Positions 1 through 12,599 of a stretch of 64,000 bases of DNA are shown in pieces. Within the stretch, counting starts at the first letter, position 1; every line of letters starts with the position of its first letter. Under the pieces are notes generated by a model. It had not been told where the DNA came from. It made no database searches and worked only from the letters and a program-made list of their open reading frames with translations. The position numbers and the translations under genes were made by a program. This DNA comes from Epiperipatus broadwayi (taxonomy: Eukaryota; Animalia; Onychophora): positions 19,344,001-19,408,000 of the forward strand of contig JAQFVV010000006.1 in NCBI GenBank assembly GCA_028023455.1, written 5' to 3'.

Positions 1-200
1 ATATAACATTCCTGGGCCAGCAATATTATAAACTACGATTCCCATAAAATTAAAAAATTCAAACAAAATTTAAAAATGTAAGCCGACTTTTTGGGAGAGT
101 AATTAATCAGACTGTTTGTGTGTATGTGTCAATAAAAAATTACATTAGTTTTGAATAGCAAATAATAGTAGAGACTTTTTTTGACAGTAATTCAAACATT
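1..200 (+). repeat. Dispersed repeat, tail of the family also present at 57420-58050
   Basis: ATAACATTCCTGG...AAAAAATTCAAACAAAAT...AGTAATTAATCAGA...GTGTCAATAAAAAA...AATAGCAAATAATAGTA aligns by eye with 57424-57660. Confidence 0.8.
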
Positions 201-3200
201 ACTAGACCATTAGACAACTAATGGTGAAAAGTTTTACAATCAGAAAAAAAATCTTCAAATACTTTTTACTGATTATCATTAAAATAACATGTTATTAATA
301 GCAAAACCTTTACAAAATGAATTGAGAATAGACTAAGATATGCAAAATTAGCTGGTCAGATTTTAAAACAAAAAATCTTATACCACTAATATGAAAAAAT
401 TGAAGAAAGTTGTTAACAATTAGAAATCTATTCTCATAAATAAATTGTTAATAATCCTTGAAGATTGTGAAAGTTCTCTTAATTCTTTTTTACTGAACAT
501 GCAAAAATTTAGCTGTGCTATCACAGTATATGGAGTCTCTACAACAATAATCAATTGTGAACAATGGCAGTAAAATATTTATTTTCACTATTAGAATCCA
601 TTTAATAAATTGATTTTACTTTTAAGTAAAGTATCTAGATATCAGCAACTATCAATGATATAAATAAAAAATAAGAAAGTAATCTATCTGTGCAAAGAAA
701 AAGTGTTATTTTGTGCTTGCGCAACTTAAGACTTTTCTTTACAGCAGGAAAATAGAAAATAAGTTTATACTTAATTTACTTATCTAATTTCATCTATAGC
801 CAATAACTTGACTATTATTTTCTTTTATAATTAAAGTTGAATTTTAACATTTCAAAAAATATTTTTGATACTTTAATGAAATCTGTCTTATATATATATA
901 CATGCAGATTTGATAATTTTTGTTTTAATATATTTTTTTTAACTTAAATGTTAAAATGAAATCTTTCATTTTGGTTACTTATTTCAATTTATTATTCTTT
1001 TTTTTTAATAAGAAAATTAATTTTTTGAATTTATGCTTCTAACAAAATTTGTCAAAAAAAGTAGATAAAATAAAGAATTTTCATTAAAAAATATAACTAA
1101 AAGATAAAGACACACAAAATAATAAGGAAACTAGTTCATAAATTTATTGATAATTAAGCATTTAAAGAGTTAAACACTATTTCATAAAAGACACCTTGCT
1201 ACATTTTGAGTTATAATCATATGTATTGTTTTCCATAATCAGAAATGACATAAAGGAATGTTTTAAATGAGTTGAATACTGAAAATAGATTCCTGCAAAA
1301 ATAGCTCAATTCAAAGGCAAAAATGTTAATACACGGTTAGAGTTCATCTTAATTATGATGGATTTTCATTTTGGAAAGGTATTTCCCCAAGACACTATTA
1401 TCTAGAGTACACCAGATATGACTGATAGCTAGTAGTCTCCTTTTGTGATAGATATCCAGAAATTAGCAACACTATGAGGTTTATATTTTAAGAAATCTAG
1501 AATTAAATATTTATTTACTAAAATAAGTATGGAAGTAATGGGTGCTTCAGTGAGCTTCCATCAGTATTATACATCTATCTAGCTACAGGTAAAATAGCAG
1601 AAATAGTTAAATATTGGCAATGAGGAAAGTATTTGTTGCTACTAACTTTCATAAAAAATCATTATAAAGAAATAAGACATTGATAAATAAAAGAATTTAT
1701 AAATGTAAAGTTATAAAATAGTGGGGGGGGGGGGGCATGATTATTCAAACAGACAGTTTTCCAGAAATATGTTTTATTTACCATCACATCATATAGCGAT
1801 AGTAATATTCTCAATCTATCCCATCAGTTAAATCATAAAAGGAAATATCATATTACTAAAATGGAGAAAAGCAGATAATTTATCATAATATCTGAATTTG
1901 TTCAGCTGAACTAAGAGATAGAAAAATTTGTATCGGCTAAAGTTTCAACTTCAGAGCAATCCTAAGCCTCAAAATATTTAGGTAACTTTGAGATGGAACC
2001 AAAAGACTAAGCCCAAACCAGAAAAGATCAAAATTCTTAGCTTCAAATAAAGAACAGATTGCTGAATGTGAAACATCATTATCAGGGTCAAGTTCAAGCA
2101 ATAATGAATATAAATATGAGTATGTAAGGAATGGTTATGATATTTATCACATTCAAATATTTCCAAAATCGCCAAGGTTTTCAACACTTTCATATCATAC
2201 TTAGGGGAATAGTATTAAAATATTAAATAAAATTTTTAAAAATGCACAATTTATTATGATTCCAACTTTGACTTAGTTGAAGGTTATTGAAGTGTTAGGT
2301 CTTAGATTAAAAATGAACCATGCTTTTTTTATTTTCCCTTTATAGTAATTTCTTTTCTCCCTCAAGGCACTGAAATTACTATATTAAATTTGTGATCCAT
2401 ATCCTTCATGATTTAAAAAGATAAGTATAATTAGAGTCATTTTTAAATGACTATATATGTAGATGTGTTAATTCTATAATATAAACTTATTCTAGTCTCA
2501 TTGTAGTGCATTAAATAAATATGATTTATTTCTAATTCATGTCCTCAAACAGTGGTTCAACAGAATTCAACTAAATTAAAGTTGAAATTTTAATTAATAG
2601 TGTAAATTTTTCTATTTAACATTACATTAATCTTAAGTGTAACTTAAAATTATTGAAGGTCTACTAGATTATTTTTGAAAAGTTTTAATATATATCTTAT
2701 TTTAGCAAACATTATAACTATTTATTACATCTTAAAAAAATAATTGAATAACTTGGGGCTCAAAATTTCATATGAAAATTCACATGAAGTTTGAGTACTA
2801 CTAGAAGTGACAGAATTGAGCTTTAATCCATGGTTTTTCGGTACTGGACTCAATTAATCTATCTCTGGTCTATAACGGGATTTACCGTTTTCCATATATA
2901 TTTTACGCATATATGTAGTCTTGTACAATTGCGTGCATGTATATATAACGATACACGTATATGCGTAATGGTTTAAAAGAATATTTATTCTTAAATTATT
3001 CCATTTTATTGCCCCAGCATATTTATGAGCATCAATTTATGACCTCAAGCGCCAATCCCATATTTCTATAAGAATTATGCTGGGAGAACTGGAATACCAA
3101 TATGGAAATGCCCCTGGACTAGCTCAGCTCAGGGATGGTGGTAAAATTTACCAGCAATAGATCTAACTCTTTTTTTTTTATTTTAAAAAAAAAACTCATA

Positions 3201-3601
3201 ACATAAAAACAAAACAAAAAAACCATTCATTTTATATACATTTATTAGCTATGATATTTACGTATGTATAAAAAAAATATATTATTTACTTAAGTTAAAT
3301 TAGTGTCTCTTTTCTCTTTTAAATCAAAGATTCATATCAGTTTTTTTTTTTTCTTTGTTTGCTCCTTTCTCTTTTTGCCAAAACTCCCACACACACAAAT
3401 ATGCTATTATATATATTTTGCACCGAAGATTTAATTGGACTAATTTATACACTAATAAATTCCGTAGTAAATAGTTTGACCTCTCCGGGCAAAGAAAATA
3501 AATTTTTAAGTTCACAATTGTGTCAAATAAACAGTTTTCTCAAATTCGTGGAGTAAGCTTACTAAAAGTGACATATATAGATGTAATTAGAAAGAAAATA
3601 C

Positions 3602-3708
3602 CTGGTTTCCCCAGGGAATTGATCGAATCCTCTTGGTGAAAATGGAATCTCCGGTCCTTTGTCGGTGAACGAACTTTGTTTTTTTTTTCTTTGAAGTTCG
3701 GGTTCCAT
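3602..3708 (-). CDS. Candidate first coding exon, MEPELQRKKKQSSFTDKGPEIPFSPRGFDQFPGET, product unknown
   Basis: Kozak-like GCCATGG at 3708, open frame to an AG|GTATTT donor at 3602/3601, inside a CpG-retaining patch. No downstream exon identified. Confidence 0.3.
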
Positions 3709-5392
3709 GGCTAAAGTCTGTTTATTTATTTATTTTCTTTCTCTTCTGGCAATTCAATATTGTTGCTTATTGAGGCGAATTCTCCAGGCTTGACGTCCCT
3801 TCTCCGCTATCGGCAGCTGCTATACATTCGGGGGCAAAGGATTCGGACCCTCCGCACGTTGAAGCCTCTACCCCAGCCTGACCATATTTTATCAAAATGT
3901 ATATCACGTTGACCGTCCGCTTTCTTCTACCTCCAAACTTATACTCCATAATTAATTTAATTTTTCTTTAATTATCAAACTTATCTTTCTTTTCATTCTT
4001 TTTTTAAATTATATTTCCATTCACATTCCATATGCCTTTGTTGGAATGTACCACAAAAGCTTTTTACACCTATTTCTCTCCAATTAATCTTTAATTAAAA
4101 TTAGACATTCCAAGATTTTTACAATAATTACTTCCATTGTTCTGCAAAATTACTGTCTTCCATCTTGAAATCTATAGTTCTTTTGACTTAATATGTATAT
4201 ATTTAAAAAGTTTATCAAACAAAATATTTTTTTTATTTTGTGAATTTTCATTTTTAATGGTTCAAAAATGCACTCACACATATACATAGCAATGTGTATA
4301 GCTGGGTTTGGCAAAAGAGAGAGAAAAAATCAGAGCAAGTGTATAACCCCCCATACCTCTTCTATGAGTTCTTTTTAATTAAAATAACTAATTCAATTCT
4401 GTACAACCACACAAATGACCGTTGATTGTACATCAAACTGTAAATATTAATTTTGTTAGTAAAGTAATATATATTTTTAATAATACGTTAGTAATAAGAT
4501 ATATATATTTTTTAATAATGCGTTAAGTATACGAATACGTATTTGTCTAATTATCACAACAGGGTTTGATTATACCTGCCCTGTTGCAGGTCCAAACCAT
4601 GAAAAGCATTTGCACATTTTTTAGAACAGAGTTATTCATTCTTTAATATATATAAGTATGTATAATTCTAAAAAAAATATTAAAATTTTTATACAATGTC
4701 ACTGATAAAAAAAACAAGATCTTTAGTTAAACACTACATATAGAAGTTATTACAGATAGAAATATGGATTTTTTCTTCATAAACTAAAAATCAATGCAGT
4801 AATTTACTCCTGACTGAGGAGTAATTAATGAGAGAAAATAAATTCTTCTCATGGAATACTAAAAACTGGGAATAAAAACGCCAGAAAAAAAAGAGTTTAA
4901 TAAAGTTTCACAAAATGCTCACATTTCTGCTGGTAAAAATGAGTCATTCTATTTGTTTTCATAATATACAAAATAGCCAATTAATAATTCACAGATTTTA
5001 CTGTATGATTTATATTGAATGATGTAAATTAATTTTTGTAATTATTAAAAATGTTTTGTTTTAAACCATAGCTCCTTATTTAAATACATTTATATTAAGA
5101 AAAAGAAAAAACACCATTTAATTCATCTCATGATCAGTGAAAACCACATTGTAAGTTTGTAATGAATTATACTATGGAACTTCTATCGTTTTTTTCAAAG
5201 AATTGAAAAAAAAAATGGATATGAGGAAATGATAGAAATAATATTTTTATTATGTAATGGTTTTGCGATTAAAAAATGGAGACAATAGATACAGGAAAAA
5301 AATATACACTGGAGCAGTGCCATGATAAGAGTTTATTGTATTATAATTTGCAATCAATAATATCTACAATCTTAAAAAACATATCATACTCC

Positions 5393-5707
5393 AATTATTC
5401 TTCACGTATAAAGTGTGATAAACAGAATAGCTAAAATTAAAAAAACATTAATCACAAAAAACTATTTGCCAAGCGCTTTCGGTACAGTACCAGAATCATG
5501 GCGATATATTGAAACTGAACGGTTAATATTCCAGTCATGGCGACATATTGAAACGGAACAGTTAATATTCCAGTAACCGTTCAGTTCTAATGTCGCCATG
5601 ATTCTGGCACATGGTACCGAAAGCACTTGGCAAATAGTTTTTTGTGATTAATGTTTTTTGAATTTTAGCTAGCTCTGTTTATCACACTTTATACATGAAG
5701 AATAATT
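5393..5707. repeat. Fold-back inverted repeat, ~130-bp arms, 39-bp tandem duplication in the loop
   Basis: 5393-5525 is the near reverse complement of 5574-5707. CATGGCGA.ATATTGAAAC.GAAC.GTTAATATTCCAGT occurs twice (5498, 5536). Confidence 0.9.
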
Positions 5708-8700
5708 TTCATTATCTGACAGAGTTTTTGTATTATTATTTATATCTTGATAAAAATTCAGTAATTAATTTACTAAATTGTTACATTTTAAAGGAAATAG
5801 AATTAATTATTCTAAAAATAATATCCTATTGGAATTAACATTCTAAAATGGGAGTTATTAGGTAAATACCTCTTATAAAATTAAATTATGGATTTAGCAA
5901 TTTTTCCATGCACAATTGTCCTTTTTATTTTTATTTTAAAGAGTTCTCAATGTTTACATTCATTATTTATAGATTAGTGTGTAGCAAATAACTTATTGTA
6001 AGTTATGCGACACTATTGCACGAGTTATCGTAGCAAACATTTTATTTAACTTCTTTGCTGAGTTCTTCAATCACTAACTTCCTATTTCTAGTTTAGGTGG
6101 CGCTGGCATAGCCCTCAATTTCTTTAAATATTTACATGATGAAGAGTGCTTCAATAAGTAAGCTGACCCTTGGAAAGTAGCTAAATGCAAAAATTTAAAT
6201 AAAGAACGTTTCATTAGATATAAAATTAGTGGTTAATTTTAATAATTTGTAGGATTAAGTTTCTCATGAAGATAAATAAACAATCAAATCAATTATATGC
6301 ATGTTACATTTGAACCCTAGAAGGGGCAAATTAAGCCTTGATTCAAAAATTAAATCTTAAGACCATCACTCTACTACTAGACTATGATGCTCATGGGGAA
6401 GCAAATAAATACAAAAAGTTTAAATAATTAAAGCTTCATGAAATAAAATAAAAAAAGTACATGGTTAAACTAATAATTTGTAATGTTAAGTTTTGAGTCA
6501 TATTTCATACTATAAATAAGCAAATTGACTAGGTATTCAGCTACATGTAACACTTGAACATTAGAACTATGAAATTAGGATTTGTCACTGGCTATCATAG
6601 TAAATCCAATAACAAGAATTTAGCAATGATAAGCAAATCCACACATTAGCCTTTAGTCATAGTTTTATATCTTAGTGACTATTTTTTCTATGAAAATATT
6701 TGCTTATGTAACATTAGGTAGCATATTTATGTAACCATTTTAAAGTATTACAATTTCTTTTCACTGATTATGTAGAAATATTCTAATGAATGCCTATATA
6801 GATAAATAAAAATATTTATTTAGCAAATGGATTTTTTTATTTTTATATAGGCTAACTGGTAACAAAATATCATAAAAGAACCTATAGAGATTCCAACCAG
6901 ACAAAAGAACCAATAACAGCTTTATTAAGTCCTTTAATTGTGTCACTGAAGCCCAAAGTTTGTTAGCCTGTGTTTATTCACATTTACATAAATCAATAGC
7001 TTTTGAATGCCATTATGAAGTAGATAAGCAAAAAAAACCATGGGTTGTCTTACATCTGTCTATAAGACTTAAATAATTTCCAGGAATATCAAATCCAAAT
7101 AGCTTTACTGTTGTATTTGGGAAAATAAATTAATTTGGAACCTTATAAGAATTCCATTTTCGAATGAAAATTCTTCTTCGGTAGATTTTTTAAATTGAAG
7201 TCTAGAAAAGGGGTCTTGATTTGAATGAATCTTAAGAGTGATGAAACTATATCGAGTTATAAGCGCATCTGATCTTTTAAGAGCCTTTTATACATTTTCT
7301 GTGAAACAATTTCTCTTCTGATAGATAACTGATGGAAAAATATATGAAATAGGAAGTCACTGCAAAGAAGTAAACTCGAATGCACATATTTAATTAAATA
7401 TTCAAACATTTAGTGTGCAAACTTTTTTTCCAAACAGAAGCACTTTATTCACTACTAAAATATGCTAGTGCTATGGATGTTATTTGTAATTCACAATCCT
7501 AAGTACTGTCAGCCACCTTTCCAAGGTTATTCCAAGATCTACTTTTAGATGAGAAAAATAAATTAGGCTACAGCCCAATGTTACTCCTAAATAGGATGGG
7601 ATAAGATTATGTTTCATTTTATTCTTCTAAAAGATTACATATAGAATAAGAGTTGTTTAAGTGAAAAGTTATGCTTTGTATCTTGATTGAATTAAGAATC
7701 AAATTCCAATCTCTGAATGGAGTTAATTAAAAGATTTCCATTTCAGAAAAGAATCTTTTTTGGTGATTACCTTGCCAAACAGCTAACAAAAATGTTATGT
7801 AATGTACTTAATCAAAACAATGCTTATAATATAATATATGAGAACAAGTGTTTTAATACATAATAGTTTCAAAATAATAAACAATAATATTTGGGTGTGT
7901 GCATTTAAAATAAAACTTTACACTCCAGAAGTCAATATTGCAAGCACCAGCTAAAATAAAAATCTATCGCAAAGACTTCCATAATTCTTAAAAGCAATTT
8001 AAAACATTATCAGACAGGTATCTGTATAATTTTATTTTGGAAACCTTTAAAGCTAATTAGTCTTCATTAATGTATTTAGTAATATTAATCTATGTATTCA
8101 TTTTAATATCATAATACCAATTTTTTAGTTTAACAAAATAATGTCTACTTGTCAACAAGAAAGTTCCCAATATTTGTATAAACATTTTATTGGCATAGCC
8201 AAAATTCAACTTGGAACACAAGTTTTATGTGAATTTAAATTTTATTGGATTTATAAATTATTACAGCAGAAACATAAATTTTTATTATAATAACAGCAAC
8301 AAAAAATATGGCTATTTAATTGGTCATCTTCTATATCATCATTGTGTTAAAAAAATTCTGAGAGATCATTAAAGTCAGGGGAATATTATGGACAGCAATA
8401 GATCAAATTTTACTAATGAAATCGCTAACATTTTACTAATGTTGAGCTTGCCCTTTGCAATGAAAAACAAAAAAAGCCTGGTCATTCAAAAAACTCAGTA
8501 TATTTAAAAAATAATTGCTTTAAATTAAATATAATACCACTATCAGATTTGAACTTGAAACATAAATTTTCTATGAAAATAAATTGACAATAATAAGCAT
8601 TTATGTGGGAAACTAGTTTGAAATCTGCTCAGTAAAAATTAACTAACTTAGGAAAATAGATCTGCAAATACGTCAGAATGTGATACCAGCAATCTTTAAT

Positions 8701-8848
8701 TAATCACTTTACAAAAGACATTTTGAGAAGTTCTTATTGGTAATGAAATAGTGGAAGATTAAAGTGGCAGGATCACTGTATTTTTGCTTGGTTACAGAAA
8801 TGATAATCTGGCAGAATCAAATTCCCAGATAAATGCAATATCTCTTAC

Positions 8849-9101
8849 ATTTTCAAATTAGATATTAAATCAAGAGGAAAAACAATATAATTAGTGCTCT
8901 TCAAGCAGAATAAAATGTGTATGAAGCAATTTCTTTGAGAAGGCATTGCTTGAACAATTTTTGAATGATAAGTTGGAATATCACATGATGGAAGATCACC
9001 AAGAGCACTGAATGTAAATGGGAATTTCATCTCAAAGAGAATGAGATGAGTTGCACAGATAACTTCAGGGCATCGGAGATTAATAGAAAGATTATTGTTA
9101 C
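8849..9101 (-). CDS. Candidate internal exon (253 bp, phase 1 to phase 2), product unknown
   Basis: Poly-T acceptor TTTTTTTTTTCAG|G at 9102/9101 and donor AAT|GTAAGA at 8849/8848. Only one frame is open between them (ORF track 8845-9132). Confidence 0.3.
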
Positions 9102-12100
9102 CTGAAAAAAAAAACAGAATCCGGGTTATCAAGTTCTTATTAAAATGTATTGGACAAGCTAAGCCTACCAGTTATCCTGATAACTTGCCAAAAGCATTCT
9201 GAAATGTGACCAATTTTTTCTTATCAAGAAAGTATACCTTTTGGATAATTAAATTGCCATCATTCTCAGTGGAAGAATTAAATCCTCAAACTGAAATTTG
9301 AATGCATTCAGGAATTCTATGAGCAAAGGCATTGGCTTGGAGTTATATATAATGATTCAAGACTAAATAAAGAACTTGAAAACTATATTAAAAGGTATTA
9401 GTCCTTTACAGTTACCCTGTAAAGAATATATCTCACAATAACAAACTATTAGGCTTTGGCAACAGACACATCACAACAACTTAGAAAAAGATATTTTTAA
9501 TAGCAAGAAACATATATATGTGATATGTTGAATATAAATTTGTTCCAAGTACTAAAATTGTAAAAACAATTCTGTACTTTAAGAAAATGTTTACATGATA
9601 TAAACTACTAGAGACACTGAAATAAGCAATAGGTTTATTTCAGAGAATAAGACTATAGAATAACCCATCTAATCACCATCTTTAGCAGAAAATGCTGTTT
9701 AACATTTTAAATACATGTAGAACAAGCAACTACATTAAGCAATACTGCATGCATCAAGATATTACTCCTTCAATGGTAAATCTCCAGTGGACTACTCATA
9801 GGAAAATATGACATTACTAATCTTTCATCCTACAATTAATTTGTAATCACAGAAAACTCATTTTAACTCGATTTCCCACAGTCAAGACAATCTGGATATA
9901 TTACAATTGAAAAAAAGAATTAATGGGAAAATCAGTGCATCAATAATTAAAACACAAGATAGTTTTGAATGCAGACAACACTTTATCTTTAAAAGTACAT
10001 GGTCTTAGTTTTAAGAAGTAATAATTGCAGAATCAAAACAAATAACAAAAGACTAGTTCACAAGCAGCTGATTTCAAATAAGATTCAAGATGACATCAGA
10101 AGTGCAAAAATATGCTCTCCAGAAACTAAATAAGATAATCATTTTGTAAGAAATAGAAGATAAATCGATTTGGACTTTTTATGGTAATAAGAAGTATTCG
10201 TAAAGCACAATAGGGTAAGATTGAGTAACTGCAATCAAGATTTATTTCTTAATTATAGAAAAATGCTAATACGCACATATTTATGTAATTAAAAATATTA
10301 AACTTCATGATTAAAATAAAGTACGTGATCTGAACACTAATGTTAGGAAATATGAAAACAATATATTTTTTAAATTAGTAATAAGGTTCAGATTCAGATC
10401 TTTTATAAACACTATCAGGATTAATATTTGGAGTGCAAAAACAAACATTTATACTTCAGAAGTCAATCATAAAAAGACTGAAGGCAAAAAAGAAACAAGA
10501 TAAAAAGTTTGAAGCTAATGTATCCTGGAGAATTTGCTCGCCCAAGGATATTAAAAGCAGCCTATGCCATATTATAAATCACATGAATTTTATTATTTAT
10601 GGGCTAAATAGGTAATATCATTAATATACTTAAATATTAATTTATTAAACTGGATGCTTTATCCACTTCAAAAGTTCCATCACGAAATTAAAACACATTG
10701 TATAATTTTATAGTTTTAAAAGAAAACTATTTAAAAGTTTTGTATATATTTTTTATGAATTAAGAGTACATGCAATAACACATACTCATTTATATTTTAA
10801 AATTCTATGATTTTACTTTTCAATAGATCTTAGTTTAAAATAGTTTTCTTTTGTCGCTTGTTTTTTTTTTTTTTTTCTCAAAGTAATTAAAGCAAACCAA
10901 GTTTTAATCTTTTAGAAAAAGCATTTTAATTTTAAAAAGTTTTGGTTGTGATCAAGTTTCTTTTTATTTTTGATTGTAATCTATTGTTTAAAAAAAAGCC
11001 AAGACTTATTTTTGCATTTATTTTTTTAAAATTAATTTTGAAAAATCCAATAGCCCTGCTCAGATGTTTTTTTTAAATTAAGATTAGGCGGGAAGTAGAG
11101 ATTTGCCCTGGTCAAAAATTTCTCTGACTTTTTATTATTCTACTTATTCTTATTATGCTGCTTATTATAAGTATTCTTCTGTGGATTATTATTATTTGGC
11201 TTGCTGTTTTGAATTTTTTTTTCTTGTATTATTCAACGTGGATCACTGAATTGGAATTTTTGCTGACCACTTATAGTATTTGCTGCTTGCGGGGCTAAAA
11301 TCTAATTGCTTAGCTACTTGCTAACATAAGCAGTAGATACTTTACAATATTGAAATGTGACCGTCTCTCAAGAATATTTAAATTATACACCATGAGGAAC
11401 ATTCTTAACAACATGTCGTGCTAAATCAACCCCTAGATAAATCCCGGAGTTCCGTAATTGTGCCTTCAATATCATGTCCTGAAGCCTAGTCCAGAAGTGA
11501 TTCAAAGATTGCCTCCAGACTACCGAACATATAAATGTAAATCAAAACCTTCGTAAGGAATTGTATATATAAACCGGAACTTTGCATATCCCGCTGGAAA
11601 ACAATCAGCCGAACCTAACATAATGCCTCAAGATAAAAGATTTTCATATTATAACCTCGTGTTTAAATCACTGTTAAACTCTCAGCTTAATCTTAAAAAA
11701 AAAACTGTCTTTATTATAAATTTTGAATATTCCTTTAATATTTTTAATTATTTTATGTGTTTTTCTTATTATATGTAGTGGAGACTTTTAAGAGTCCATA
11801 TTTTTAAATTTATTTATCAGAGTCCATTGCGATTTTCTATTTTATACACTGTTTTCCTATTTTATATTACTAACCCTTGATAAATGCTTTGGCAGATATT
11901 CTTAATTTTCTTTTAACTGGCAGTTTATTAAATATATAGTTGTTTTTCCTAAATCAGAGATTTTGTTTTCTTCTATTTAAGATTTCGTAAAATTGTAATC
12001 TTTTCTTGTTCTACTTTCTTGTCTTGTATTGTAACCAACCTTGATGATCTTAAATGTGATTAATCATGAATTTTTCTGCAGACATATGACATTCTTAGTC

Positions 12101-12599
12101 CCGATGTTTCTTGTCCGGGCTAAGGAAAACTCATCTGCACTGTTCCGATGTATTCCCTACAAGACTGCTTTGTTTTGAAATCTCTAAATAGAGAAGCTGG
12201 AATTAGTTTATATAAATCACTAGCAAATAAGAAATTATATATCCCTTAAATCTTAGGTGAAAAACGAACTTATCTGCCAGGGTGTCTAGTTTAATGTTAC
12301 CTTACTCTCATACATTCTCTGATAAATCCACTGAGAAATTTAGGTCAAATTTCTATGCTTTATTTGACTATCTGTTTTAGATTTATTAATTTTTCAAATT
12401 GTTTATAATTACTTGGGCTAACATTTGTCTCTGTGTTTTCCCAATTGTCTGAACAAGGTTAAAAAACTCTCACCCTGGGTCTAGGTGGTGACATTCATCA
12501 TCAACGTTAACTTTTGGATCACCATAAATTACATTTTCTATGTGATGTGATGCAGTGACTTCTTATACACAGTCAATCTGTTAGCCACTTTACTTTCCC

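Noticed and set aside
1978-2193. 71-aa minus ORF as the next exon of the 3708 candidate
   Set aside because: The available acceptor gives an immediate stop in the required phase.
11250-12520. GC-richer patches possibly from LTRs or UTRs
   Set aside because: No terminal motifs, TSD or internal homologue to support a call.
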